The notes beneath the pieces were generated by a model. It did no database searches and had not been told where the DNA came from. It worked only from the letters and a program-made list of their open reading frames with translations. A program made the position numbers and the translations under genes. A stretch of 63,907 nucleotides of DNA, the filler included, from Aduncisulcus paluster (taxonomy: Eukaryota), in NCBI GenBank assembly GCA_024181965.1. It is 8 parts of 8 records of this genome, joined end to end, with 100 filler letters (N's around TTAATTAATTAA, not from the genome) between each part and the next. Parts side by side here need not be neighbours in the genome. Positions count along the whole stretch, not along the records: positions 40,007 to 45,850 come from BQXS01011062.1; positions 45,951 to 50,703 come from BQXS01011064.1; positions 50,804 to 60,168 come from BQXS01011065.1; 5 more parts are not named here. The stretch is one strand, 5' to 3'. Positions 43,311 to 52,879 of this stretch are shown here, one piece after another (within the stretch, counting starts at the first letter, position 1; the number at the start of each line of letters is the position of its first letter).

Positions 43311-44684
43311 TATATCTGTATCTTCTTTGTATTGTGTGCCGTTTTTTGTTTTGCGCGCCGTGTTTGGTGTCATGTGCCCCCCGGTGGCGTTGGTGTGGTG
43401 CCTGGGTGTGCCCATGTCAGCCGTTCCCATACACATCCCCCTAGGAGGACACGCCCAAGGTGTCGACTGGCCCGTAAAAACAGCGGGGAGCACCAAACGT
43501 GTCAGCCATGGACAACAAAACCCGCAGGGAGAGAGAAGACTAGATCATTTTCCATTGCTTCCGTTCCTACTCAAAACGTTGAGAAGACTCTCTTCTGATA
43601 AGGAAAGACTTCTTAAGGATATTTCCTTGGAGAGATCTGGGTCCTTTCCGATAATTTCGGATGGGATTCAGTTCTTCGCCAATTGTTTCGCTCAGCCTTG
43701 GAGGGTAGAGCATCGAGAAGACCTCCTTCGAGAATTAGAACTCGCCGTTCCTTCCCTCCTCCGCCTTGTGAGGGCAGAACCCGTAGTGTTTTCCCACATT
43801 GTCGGTCTGTGCTATAACGCCTCCGTAACAGATCTTGATCATCGAGAGTGCACCCCACCACCTCCTCTCCGTGACCTGATCTTCGAGGCAACTCGAAGTG
43901 CTGTCAGGAAGCGTGTGGTCCCATCCTCTCACGTATTGTTCTTCTTCTCTGCCTTGGGTAGCTTCGTCCGTGACCCCGCTTTCGTCCCCCGTCTGCACGC
44001 AATCGTCTCCGAGGCCTCCTCGACAAGTGGAGAGCGGATGTAGAAGCAAACTTCGCCGGCAACATCGACCTTCTTCGCCCTTGGTGCTGGGTCCTTAGTG
44101 GTTTCGCTGAGAACTTAAGTGAGCGCTTTCGGTTCTACCTGAAAAAGGTTGCTGGCCTTGTCACCCCTGACACACCTAACCACCTGAAGTGGCTCATGAA
44201 TTCCCCGCTTTAAATCATTTTTTTTATACCATTAATTGGCAACAATACTAAATTTTCAAATTTGTTAGCATGGAAGAAATTAAGAGTGCTTTTTTGCCCG
44301 CCATTATTCCTATTTTAAACGATATCCTGTTCAAAGTCAATGGGGGCTCTGACTCAACCTTCATCGGGTGCATCCTCAAAAATGTCGCCTACCGCCCAGA
44401 ATGGCATGACACCCACTCACAAATCCGCAGAGTGGGTGGTCAAAAAGCGTTTATTGACGCTGTGAGTAGGATATGTCCGAAGTTTGGTGAGCTTGAGAAG
44501 TATCCGCCGACCCGAGGTGGCCTTACCCGATCAGTCTTCCGAGCCGATCCTCTTGTGGCCGTATGTACAATACGTGCCTGGTTCAAGGCTGAGACTTCTT
44601 CTTGTACATGTAAGACCTTAATGGGCATTGTTTTTCACGTTCTTCTTCCCTTATCGACCAGTTACGGTCAGTTGAGCCCACCTC

Positions 44685-45321
44685 TTGAGCCAAATCAAAA
44701 CAGCCACTGCTCCAAAAGAGTTCATTGTTTTCAGCGGAAATGCTTTCAGCGCCAACCAGTACCTTGACATCGATACTACTGTTGTCAGAGGGAAGAAAGG
44801 AACACCAATGCATGCGACAAAGTCTGTGAGATATTGGTTGGTGGACTGGATGCCAGACACCACCCCTGTCCTCATCGGCAGAAAAGATATTGATGCCTTT
44901 GGCATTGGTCTAAACGTGAGAGACATATCCACCCATGAACATCATCGCCAACGGCTCCAAAAGGTTCTGCTAACACTGCTCCAACGTGAAGGCGTGCGTT
45001 CGCCCTGTTTGTACTCTGCCGACGCCGATCCAAAGAGTGAAGGGGCAAACGAAGATTCCGCCAAACATCGCCATAGCAGTACTGTGCTAACCTTAAGAAC
45101 TATTGGATCCAAAGTGAAACAAATAACGTCAATGGAGTGGGCCAGTCTCTTAGGACCTGAACTAATGACCAGACGACATGTTATCTGAAATGGAAGGTAT
45201 GGTCTTCTTTGCAACTATTGATCTAAAGTCGGGCTATCACCAAGTGCCAATGGATCCAGACAGTATCAAATTTACTGCTTTTGTTGTACCCTGGGGCCAA
45301 TACGAGTACAACAGAATGCCA
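44685..45321 (+). mobile_element. Ty3/Gypsy-type pol remnant (protease-like segment plus reverse-transcriptase fragment)
   Basis: PVLIGRKDIDAFGI is protease-like; from 45181 the frame reads FFATIDLKSGYHQVPMDPDSIKFTAFVVPWGQYEYNRMP and breaks off before the expected FGL. Confidence 0.85.
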
Positions 45322-45539
45322 TGGTCGATGATGATGATACCTCAATAGAAAGGACTATCTCAAAATTTTAACCAAGTTGTTCTCGTCACTTGTCATTTTT
45401 GCTTCTTTCGAGACCAAAAGCCCAGTCAATCCGGATATCTATGAAGCAATCTTGACACTGAAAAGAGATAATCCTCCCTCATCTCCAGAGTTCTTGAGTC
45501 ATTTAAAGGAGTTGTTTTCTACTCAGGCGAGAATCCTCT

Positions 45540-45850
45540 ATGGGTTCAAGCCTTGTTCGACATTTATGTATAAAAGCCATTCCTGGATACCTTCAGGCTG
45601 ATAAATGGTCGGATGATTCGAACATCATGGAGATCGCCATGATTGACGAAAGACGAGTGAAGCACCAAAATGAGGTGGCAGCAGAAATTCTCATTCATGA
45701 TATGGAAAAGCTCCAGAAGGGAATAATGGTTGGAAATAACGTTTGGGTTGGAGATATTGCTTGTCTGGTGGCCGATTCGCCCCAACGCGCTGCTATGGCT
45801 GGGACGGCGTGTGGCGGCCTCGCTCCATGCCACATGTGTGAAGCACAAGG
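45540..45850 (+). mobile_element. CMC/Plavaka-like transposase, catalytic-core fragment
   Basis: HDMEKLQKGI...CLVADSPQRAAMAG...PCHMC matches the aDxPxR...CxxC motif; cut by the contig end. Confidence 0.6.
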
Positions 45851-45950
45851 NNNNNNNNNNNNNNNNNNNNNNNNNNNNNNNNNNNNNNNNNNNNTTAATT
45901 AATTAANNNNNNNNNNNNNNNNNNNNNNNNNNNNNNNNNNNNNNNNNNNN

Positions 45951-46447
45951 CTGACAGAACGCTGATTGATGTGGCCTGTGCTGACACTTCTAAGGAATTG
46001 TCAAAGAAGAAAGTGAAGAAAGTTGGAGATTTTTTGAAAAGAGCGGAGGAACGGAAATTTTCTAAATATGAAAATAGAAAGAAGATTCAGATCACCGCAA
46101 ACTTTGCTGCTGCTGCTCGTGGTGTCCAGGAGAGCTTGACGGCTTTTCACCAAGAAATCAAGGTAATAATTGGCTCAGATGTTAATGGTTTGAAACCATT
46201 TGCCGTTACTACTATTGGTTCCTTTGGTCAACAAGCCAGAGCCCTCCTGTCCAGCATGAGAAGGAATGAGAGTTCCGGGGAAATGGACATGAGAGACAGT
46301 TCAGGTGCTTCCATGTTCAAGACCAACAGGTTCTCACATTTCTTGGCAAGGGCTGGGAAAGCAATTGGAGTGGGGCTTGCCTCCTCTTATTTGGCTTACC
46401 TGGGCTACGCTGAGAAGCACAAGCTGAGTCTTGGAGCATTATGGTAA
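45951..46447 (+). mobile_element. 3' end of a non-LTR retrotransposon ORF with restriction-like endonuclease (CRE/R2-type)
   Basis: LIDVAC...AEERKFSKY...KPFAVTTIGSFG...ARALL matches the D-V / E-x-x-K-x-x-KY / PF-x-x-x-T-x-G pattern of RLE domains. Confidence 0.65.
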
Positions 46448-47102
46448 TCTTTAGAATTACAACTTAATTCTTTCACAAACCAAATGTTTGACAAATAAGG
46501 CTATGAATATAAACTCCAACCCACCCGAACATAATCATCATCCCACAGCAACCAATTTCAGTCCCACCCTAATGACCCGTCACAAACTTTCCTAATATAT
46601 ACTTTATTCCGCATTGGGTGATTTGGAACAATACGAACACCATAAATCTTTATTAGAATATGCTAATCACAATTGAATAAACCCCCCCGAGTCAAAAAAA
46701 AACATCATGTTTGAGATGATCTCAGATGTAATAATTTTTTCAAAAAATAGCAAGTTGCTCCAAATTTTCTAAAAATCATCAAATGATATCATTGTTTTCT
46801 GGCTAATTCATTTATTTTGTGCCGTTTTACAGCTAACAATATAAAAACGAACGACTGGACTCCAACAAGTAAAAAATTGGTGCGATAAGGGGGAAATAGA
46901 GGTTCCCCCCAAAAAAGAATATTATATAAACAGACATAAATGGTTGTCAACATGCTGTAAAGCATAAAGATTGAGTGGAATTTCAATTATCCATTCCGAA
47001 GGGAAATTGAGTCTATTTCAAGTTTGATTGTCAACTCAAAATGAATTATAAACAGATAATTAAGAAGAATTGATAAAATTTATGGTTGTGAAAGATTGAG
47101 TA

Positions 47103-47573
47103 TTATTTGAAATCAAAAACAAATCCAAACTTCAAAAATTGTTCCCCTTCATCCACGAATTTAGGGTAAATATCATAGAAAATATGTTCTTCGTGGCAAA
47201 ACCTGCATCTACGTCCATAATTGCATATGCCATTTGAGTGAAAAGCCTTACATTTCTCTGAGGTATGGTGACATGAGGTACGGCTTCTCAATTCATGAAT
47301 ACCATGAGCAAAACGACATTTTGGACCATATGGGCATTGACCATATTCCATAAATGGATTACAGAGTTCTGTTTTGTAAAATAATTTTGACTTCACGGCA
47401 TCACTTGACGATCCACTTGATGAAAAAGACATAGAATGACTCATACTGATTTCATCAGAGTCAGATCGTTCATGAGATATACTTGCGCATCGTTTATGGC
47501 GGTAAGAATCTTCCTGGAGAGAATTCAGCGAATTATCTTTAGATATAGCAATTGGTGTTTGAACAGATGTCAT
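47103..47573 (-). CDS. TIS11/ZFP36-family tandem CCCH zinc-finger mRNA-decay protein
   Basis: FYKTELC-x8-C-x5-C-x3-H followed by a second C-x8-C-x5-C-x3-H ([20 protein letters not shown]). Confidence 0.92.
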   Translation of the reverse strand: MTSVQTPIAISKDNSLNSLQEDSYRHKRCASISHERSDSDEISMSHSMSFSSSGSSSDAVKSKLFYKTELCNPFMEYGQCPYGPKCRFAHGIHELRSRTSCHHTSEKCKAFHSNGICNYGRRCRFCHEEHIFYDIYPKFVDEGEQFLKFGFVFDFK

Positions 47574-47637
47574 ATGTTATTGCTTATTGATTAAAGATTG
47601 AGTAATAAAAAAAAGATGTTATCAAAAAGAAGAATAA

Positions 47638-47910
47638 TGTCGGTTGCGACACACTGACAAACTTTGTCGAGAAATTATTTTACTCCGATGTCGTCAGCAG
47701 TGTCGGCTCAGCACATTTCACAACACTAAAAAACTAAAATTCAAATTAATTAGCACATTTAAAACTAAATCTTCCTATTGTTGAGAATATGTCAAAATTC
47801 TATTGCTCAACACAGTGTTGAGCTAGTGACTGTCACAGCCACGGTGGCCGCCACTACTAGTAGTAGCACGGTGCTGGCGGCCAGTGTTTACAGGCTGTGT
47901 TGTCAACACA
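47638..47910. other. GC-rich cluster of palindromes and nested inverted repeats (regulatory element or structured RNA candidate)
   Basis: GACAAA-C-TTTGTC, GCTCAACAC-A-GTGTTGAGC, GTGAC-T-GTCAC, GCCAC-G-GTGGC, CTACTAGTAG, AGCAC-G-GTGCT, TGTGTTG-T-CAACACA. Confidence 0.6.
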
Positions 47911-48077
47911 CCGGGCTGTTGCAAAATAAATGTTGAAAATTTATCTTCTTTATTTTACGTTTCGTTGAGTGTTGCACACAGATCTTCTATTGACGGTTTA
48001 TTGGATCGAATTGATTTGCCGATAGAATGAAGATAATCTTGATATAGTGTAATATAATATTGTGTATTACCTATTAT

Positions 48078-49697
48078 CTACTGAACAAGAGGTGGAATTT
48101 CAGCTCGACAAGTCGGGCAAGTGAGACTGATATCCATCCAGCGCGTTAGGCATTCCTTATGGAACACGTGATTACAAGGGGTTATCATATGGTCACCTGA
48201 TCTCACATTAACAAGACAAATCGCACATCTAGGCCCTTCCTCCTCAGAACCTTCGCCATCCTCGTGGGCATGAGTGGTTTCCCCTTCAATTGGATGCTGA
48301 GTCACAGTTAACGGGGCGAAATAATTATGAGTAGATGTGGATTTGAACAGTTTCTCAGCGAACCAGGATTGGATTTGCATAATAAACACAGGAAGGAATG
48401 AATATCCAATGTATACCCAGAAAAGAATAGGATTGGGTTTCATGCTCAGGATATTGTTATCATACAGACAGAAATATGCCGCAGGAACAATATGAATCAG
48501 CCAAAGGCCCCAATAAACATACCAGGGACTCGCTACACTCTGCTTCCGCTGGAATGAGTGAATAACTTGAAACCAGGCACCTGTTGCTGCGACAATTAAC
48601 AAAGGATATATCATTCTGAAAGAAAGGAATGCCCACAAGACGAGCATCGCCAGGATAGGACCATATAAACCCCATTGAGCATTACTGATCCACCGTCGCA
48701 TCTGGACATCGTTCTCTTGCACTTCTCGCGGTGCCAGACTAGTCCGAGTCGATATCACACAATGACTCCCGAGAATGGTGCACGACATGATGTGGACAAC
48801 AGCAGCTACAATAGCAACAGATGCCAGATCTATACTGTCCATGGCAACTCCCATAACAATAAAGGCGAATAAAGCCTCATAAAATACATAAGAACCAAGC
48901 CAGACTAGAGAAAGTCGTTGGGCTTTGGATTGGGTTGAAGCAAAAGCATTTTGAGCGACGAGAAAAGCTGCGGAGAGAATTGATAGAAGGAGAGCCACTC
49001 CACCGAAATATAATGTCCCCACAGCACCATAACGAGTATCGTAATAACCGGAATCAACCCCCATTAGAAATGCGCATTCCTTACTCACGAGACTCCCTTT
49101 GATCGTTGGACTTGACACTGTCGTCACATCTGGATCCATGTCTGGCAAAGGGGTAAGATCGGGTATTTTTGGCGGGTAATTAACAGTTTCCATGTCTATT
49201 GTTCCATAAAAATCATAGGTACATTTGTACTCATCATCGACAGTTGGTTCAGTTGGAACATCATCAAAAACACCAGCTGGAGGCCATTCTGCAGTTTCAT
49301 CAACGCCTGCATCCTGACAATCAAGGGTGAAGTTTTGAATTATTTCAGTTACTGTCCTGGCCTGAGATAGTTGAAAAGCAACTCTATTTGTGTTTGTGAA
49401 ATGCCTTCCAACACCATATAGGGCATATGTTGATTCATTAATATAACGACCATTTCGGAATAGAAAATATATGGCTAAAGTGTCCTCTTCATCAGGATAT
49501 AAAATATTGTCATCAGTGGAACCAATAGTTGTTGAATCGGGATATAAAGTTGTATCATAAGCATAAAAAGTTCCAAGACCCTCGCTTTTGGTCAAAGTAG
49601 GTAAACATGTGTCGATTTGGGTGGTCGAATCATCCCAAGAGAATGAGAATGTTCCATTCACTTCTTCCTTTGGTGAATATGGTTCATAATCGCTCAT
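48078..49697 (-). CDS. multi-pass membrane RING-H2 E3 ubiquitin ligase (Tul1/FLY-like)
   Basis: Acidic N-terminal domain, about 7 TM segments, C-terminal CAIC...MITPCNHVFHKECLTRWM..SLTCPTCRAEIPPL. No signal peptide is evident at this ATG. Confidence 0.82.
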   Translation of the reverse strand: MSDYEPYSPKEEVNGTFSFSWDDSTTQIDTCLPTLTKSEGLGTFYAYDTTLYPDSTTIGSTDDNILYPDEEDTLAIYFLFRNGRYINESTYALYGVGRHFTNTNRVAFQLSQARTVTEIIQNFTLDCQDAGVDETAEWPPAGVFDDVPTEPTVDDEYKCTYDFYGTIDMETVNYPPKIPDLTPLPDMDPDVTTVSSPTIKGSLVSKECAFLMGVDSGYYDTRYGAVGTLYFGGVALLLSILSAAFLVAQNAFASTQSKAQRLSLVWLGSYVFYEALFAFIVMGVAMDSIDLASVAIVAAVVHIMSCTILGSHCVISTRTSLAPREVQENDVQMRRWISNAQWGLYGPILAMLVLWAFLSFRMIYPLLIVAATGAWFQVIHSFQRKQSVASPWYVYWGLWLIHIVPAAYFCLYDNNILSMKPNPILFWVYIGYSFLPVFIMQIQSWFAEKLFKSTSTHNYFAPLTVTQHPIEGETTHAHEDGEGSEEEGPRCAICLVNVRSGDHMITPCNHVFHKECLTRWMDISLTCPTCRAEIPPLVQ

Positions 49698-50223
49698 ATT
49701 TAAAATATTATTATCACTTTATGTTGTAATCTATTGGACATCAAGAAACCGAACTTTCGATCTCTGTAGGGTAGTATCTTAAATAAATTATGGAAATCAA
49801 AGTAATATTTTATTCTTATATAAAAGTATTTGTATTTTTCCTTTTTATAATCAGAAAAAGGCATTATTAACATGTCATTGGCTCACGCCTTTGCTAGAAG
49901 GCTGTACACTTGATATAAACATATAATATGGAGGTTTACCATACTAAATTTATGCAAATATCAAAAATGTTGTATTTATTTGTATCGATATTATCTCGCA
50001 ACGATGATAGAGAAAGAAAGTAATTTCATGACTCATCTGAGTTTATATTTTATGATTAGTATGATTAACCGATTGAGTTCCAAGGTACGACATTTAGGTA
50101 TCATTTGTTAGCTCATTAGAAGGATTAATTCGAAACAAAAAAAAGGCTATCACGGACAGTGTTAAAATAACAATTCGTTATATAATTCATCAATATATCG
50201 ATTTCAACACAATTTCACCACTT

Positions 50224-50703
50224 TTACATAAAATTATCATCAAAATCATCAGGTTCCATCTCACATTCCTTAGGTCCATCAGAAGTAACCCCAAAATCAA
50301 ATAAAACATCGTAATCTCTTGCCTTTTTATCTTCTAACGCCTTCTTTCTCTTTTCTCTATCCTCCTTTTCCTGTTTTTTGGCAGCTTCCTTTACCTTTTT
50401 CCTCTCTTCACGATCACGATCTTTTCTCTGTTTTTCAAAGTCGACAGTGAGATCGTCAGTCATTGTTTTATATATTTTTGCAAGGAATGGCCGATCTCTA
50501 GCAACGTTTTTAACCAATTCGACATGTTTTCTATTTTTAAAAGAGACTGTTCCATCATCCATGGTCTTGGTTTTCATTAAGTTAGCCCAAGGAGTGTAGA
50601 TAATATCAACAGCTGGTTCTTTCTTACCTTTAATTGAACGATCTTTGACAATTTGACAACATTCATCAACTATTTTCTGTGGAATATCTTTGTACGATTG
50701 ACC
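50224..50703 (-). CDS. CCDC25: CCDC25/Jlp2 (NFACT-R/DUF814), C-terminal fragment
   Basis: DIPQKIVDECCQIVKDRSIKG...IIYTPWANLMKTKTMDDGTVSF, coiled-coil tail and an acidic ...DDNFM end. Confidence 0.88.
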   Translation of the reverse strand, partial: GQSYKDIPQKIVDECCQIVKDRSIKGKKEPAVDIIYTPWANLMKTKTMDDGTVSFKNRKHVELVKNVARDRPFLAKIYKTMTDDLTVDFEKQRKDRDREERKKVKEAAKKQEKEDREKRKKALEDKKARDYDVLFDFGVTSDGPKECEMEPDDFDDNFM

Positions 50704-50803
50704 NNNNNNNNNNNNNNNNNNNNNNNNNNNNNNNNNNNNNNNNNNNNTTAATTAATTAANNNNNNNNNNNNNNNNNNNNNNNNNNNNNNNNNNNNNNNNN
50801 NNN

Positions 50804-51508
50804 GGTGGAAAAGGAGAGTTTGGTGGAAAAGGAGAGTTTGGTGGAAAAGGAGAAGAGAGAGGAGGAGAGCATGATGTCTCTCTTGTTTCCACCGTCATTG
50901 ATGCCTCCGAGACACCAGAGCATGATGATGGAATGGTGATCATTGAAACTGACGACTCGAAGGATGTTGGAAGTGCCAAGAAACGGAACAGACGAGGCAT
51001 GTTGCTATACTTCTCCTTCCCTGTTTGTTCCTCATTGGGGCAGCGAGAAGCAGGAGAGGAACAAGAAGCAGGAGAGGAACAAGAAGAAGCTCTGAAGGAG
51101 AAAGATCATGATAATAGTCCCAAAGATGGTAAACGGAGATATCATTCAGATCAGCATTCCAAGGCATCGGATCGTGTTTCTTCCATTGGTATCACACCCT
51201 CTCCATTGGATGTCTCCTTGAATCCTGATATCGTTGTATTTGATGGAACGATCAGCCTTGATTCGTATCCTGTTTCCCTTGTGTACAACTCTTCATGTTC
51301 ACAGCTCATGTGCGGGTTGTTCAATGGGCAAGTAGTAGCCATAATCCAAATCGGTGTGAGCTCTGGGGGTAGTATCAGTGCCAGAGCAAGGAAGATGAAG
51401 GAAATTCAAGGGAGAGAGAGTCAGCAGACCATGGTGTATGATAAAGTATACTCTTCTGAGAGTGTTGCTTTTGCTGCATTCACGAAGAGACATTCGACAA
51501 TAAAATGA
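50804..51508 (+). CDS. C-terminal fragment of a probable WD40 protein (possibly WDR70-like)
   Basis: Frame open from the contig start (GGKGE x3); SLVYNSSCSQLMCGLFNGQVVAI resembles a final WD blade. Confidence 0.4.
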   Translation, partial: GGKGEFGGKGEFGGKGEERGGEHDVSLVSTVIDASETPEHDDGMVIIETDDSKDVGSAKKRNRRGMLLYFSFPVCSSLGQREAGEEQEAGEEQEEALKEKDHDNSPKDGKRRYHSDQHSKASDRVSSIGITPSPLDVSLNPDIVVFDGTISLDSYPVSLVYNSSCSQLMCGLFNGQVVAIIQIGVSSGGSISARARKMKEIQGRESQQTMVYDKVYSSESVAFAAFTKRHSTIK

Positions 51509-52879
51509 TCTAATCCCCAGAAAATGATTGATCGAGGAATGACATGATGAAGAGAGAAAGACAGAAAGAGATGAAGAGATGCCCATGGTTGGAGATGATG
51601 AATTAATCGGGCATGATTCCATTTATTACACATCTAAGACAAAAATAGAAAGTCGAAAGTTCTAAAAATAGAAATTCTAAAAATAGAATAATTAATCATT
51701 AAGATGCTAGTTTCTCCTTGTTTATCATGTAACACTTCGATAATATCTCATATTCATCCCTAAAATGTCTCTCAGTAACTCTATTTCAACGATGAAATTG
51801 AAAAGCAAGAATCTCCAGAGTTCTCCAATATAACACTCGTATTATTGAAAAATATGGATAAATTTGGAAATTTAGGGTGGATTTGAGAACACCGTTTCTA
51901 AAAATAGAAATTCTAAAAATAGATTTCAAATGATTTGAATGATAAATTTTCCTTCTAAATCACAATAATTTGCATGTAAGATGGTAGTGGTTATACTCGC
52001 TAATGGTTATAGAACAGTATAATATTTATTGTCACTGTGAGGTTACATAATTACGTTGTATTTGAGTTAAGAGTGTGATTAGGATCCGAAAATATAGGCG
52101 TTAGCAAATTTATTAATAAAAGGGGAAAGCATGGTTCATTCTTACCTGCAATAAAACCCCTGAACGAGTCAAATCATAAACGCTCGATAAACGAGGATAA
52201 ACGAATAAAAGAATTATAAAATAAAATAAAGGTATAAAATAATAAAATAATATATAAATAAAAAGATTAGAAAACTGTCTTCTGCAGTTTGGAATCAGAA
52301 TTAGCCGTTTGGCTTACAAGAGAGCAATTAATTTATTAATATTGACTATGTTGGAAAGAAAGACATATGAACTGAAAGTCGTCATGCTCAGAAGAAGTTG
52401 AAAGGTGTAAATTACTATGTACTAAACTGTACTATATCCCATTTTACAACCGAAATGACAGACAAATGGACCTCGAGCCATTAGTATTATTAAAAATAGA
52501 ACAAAGATAAAAAAAGCATGAAAGATATAAATATAGAGTGAAAAAAGACAATGCAACCTGAAGCGTTATGATTTCAAAGCAAGATAAACTTCTATTCAAA
52601 ACTGTTGAAAGGATCTAAATAGGGATAGAATTTTCTCAAAAACTTCAAATTGGACACAAATATGAAAAGCAAGAGCAACACATAACATTTGAAAGTAAGC
52701 AGCAAATTGAAAAAATAATAAAATACCATATTTGAATGTAAAAAAAAAAAAAAAAAATAACACGCTGAAATTCAATAATCTTCTAGCAATGTAAATAAGA
52801 GAAAAAGAAGAAAAGTAAGAGTTGATACCGTTTCTATTTATAGAAAGAATGATGATACGATATCAAACTGATTTATAAT

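Noticed and set aside
52138-52149. ATTCTTACCTG resembling the U1 snRNA 5' end
   Set aside because: One mismatch, and no U1 stem-loops or Sm site recognisable downstream.
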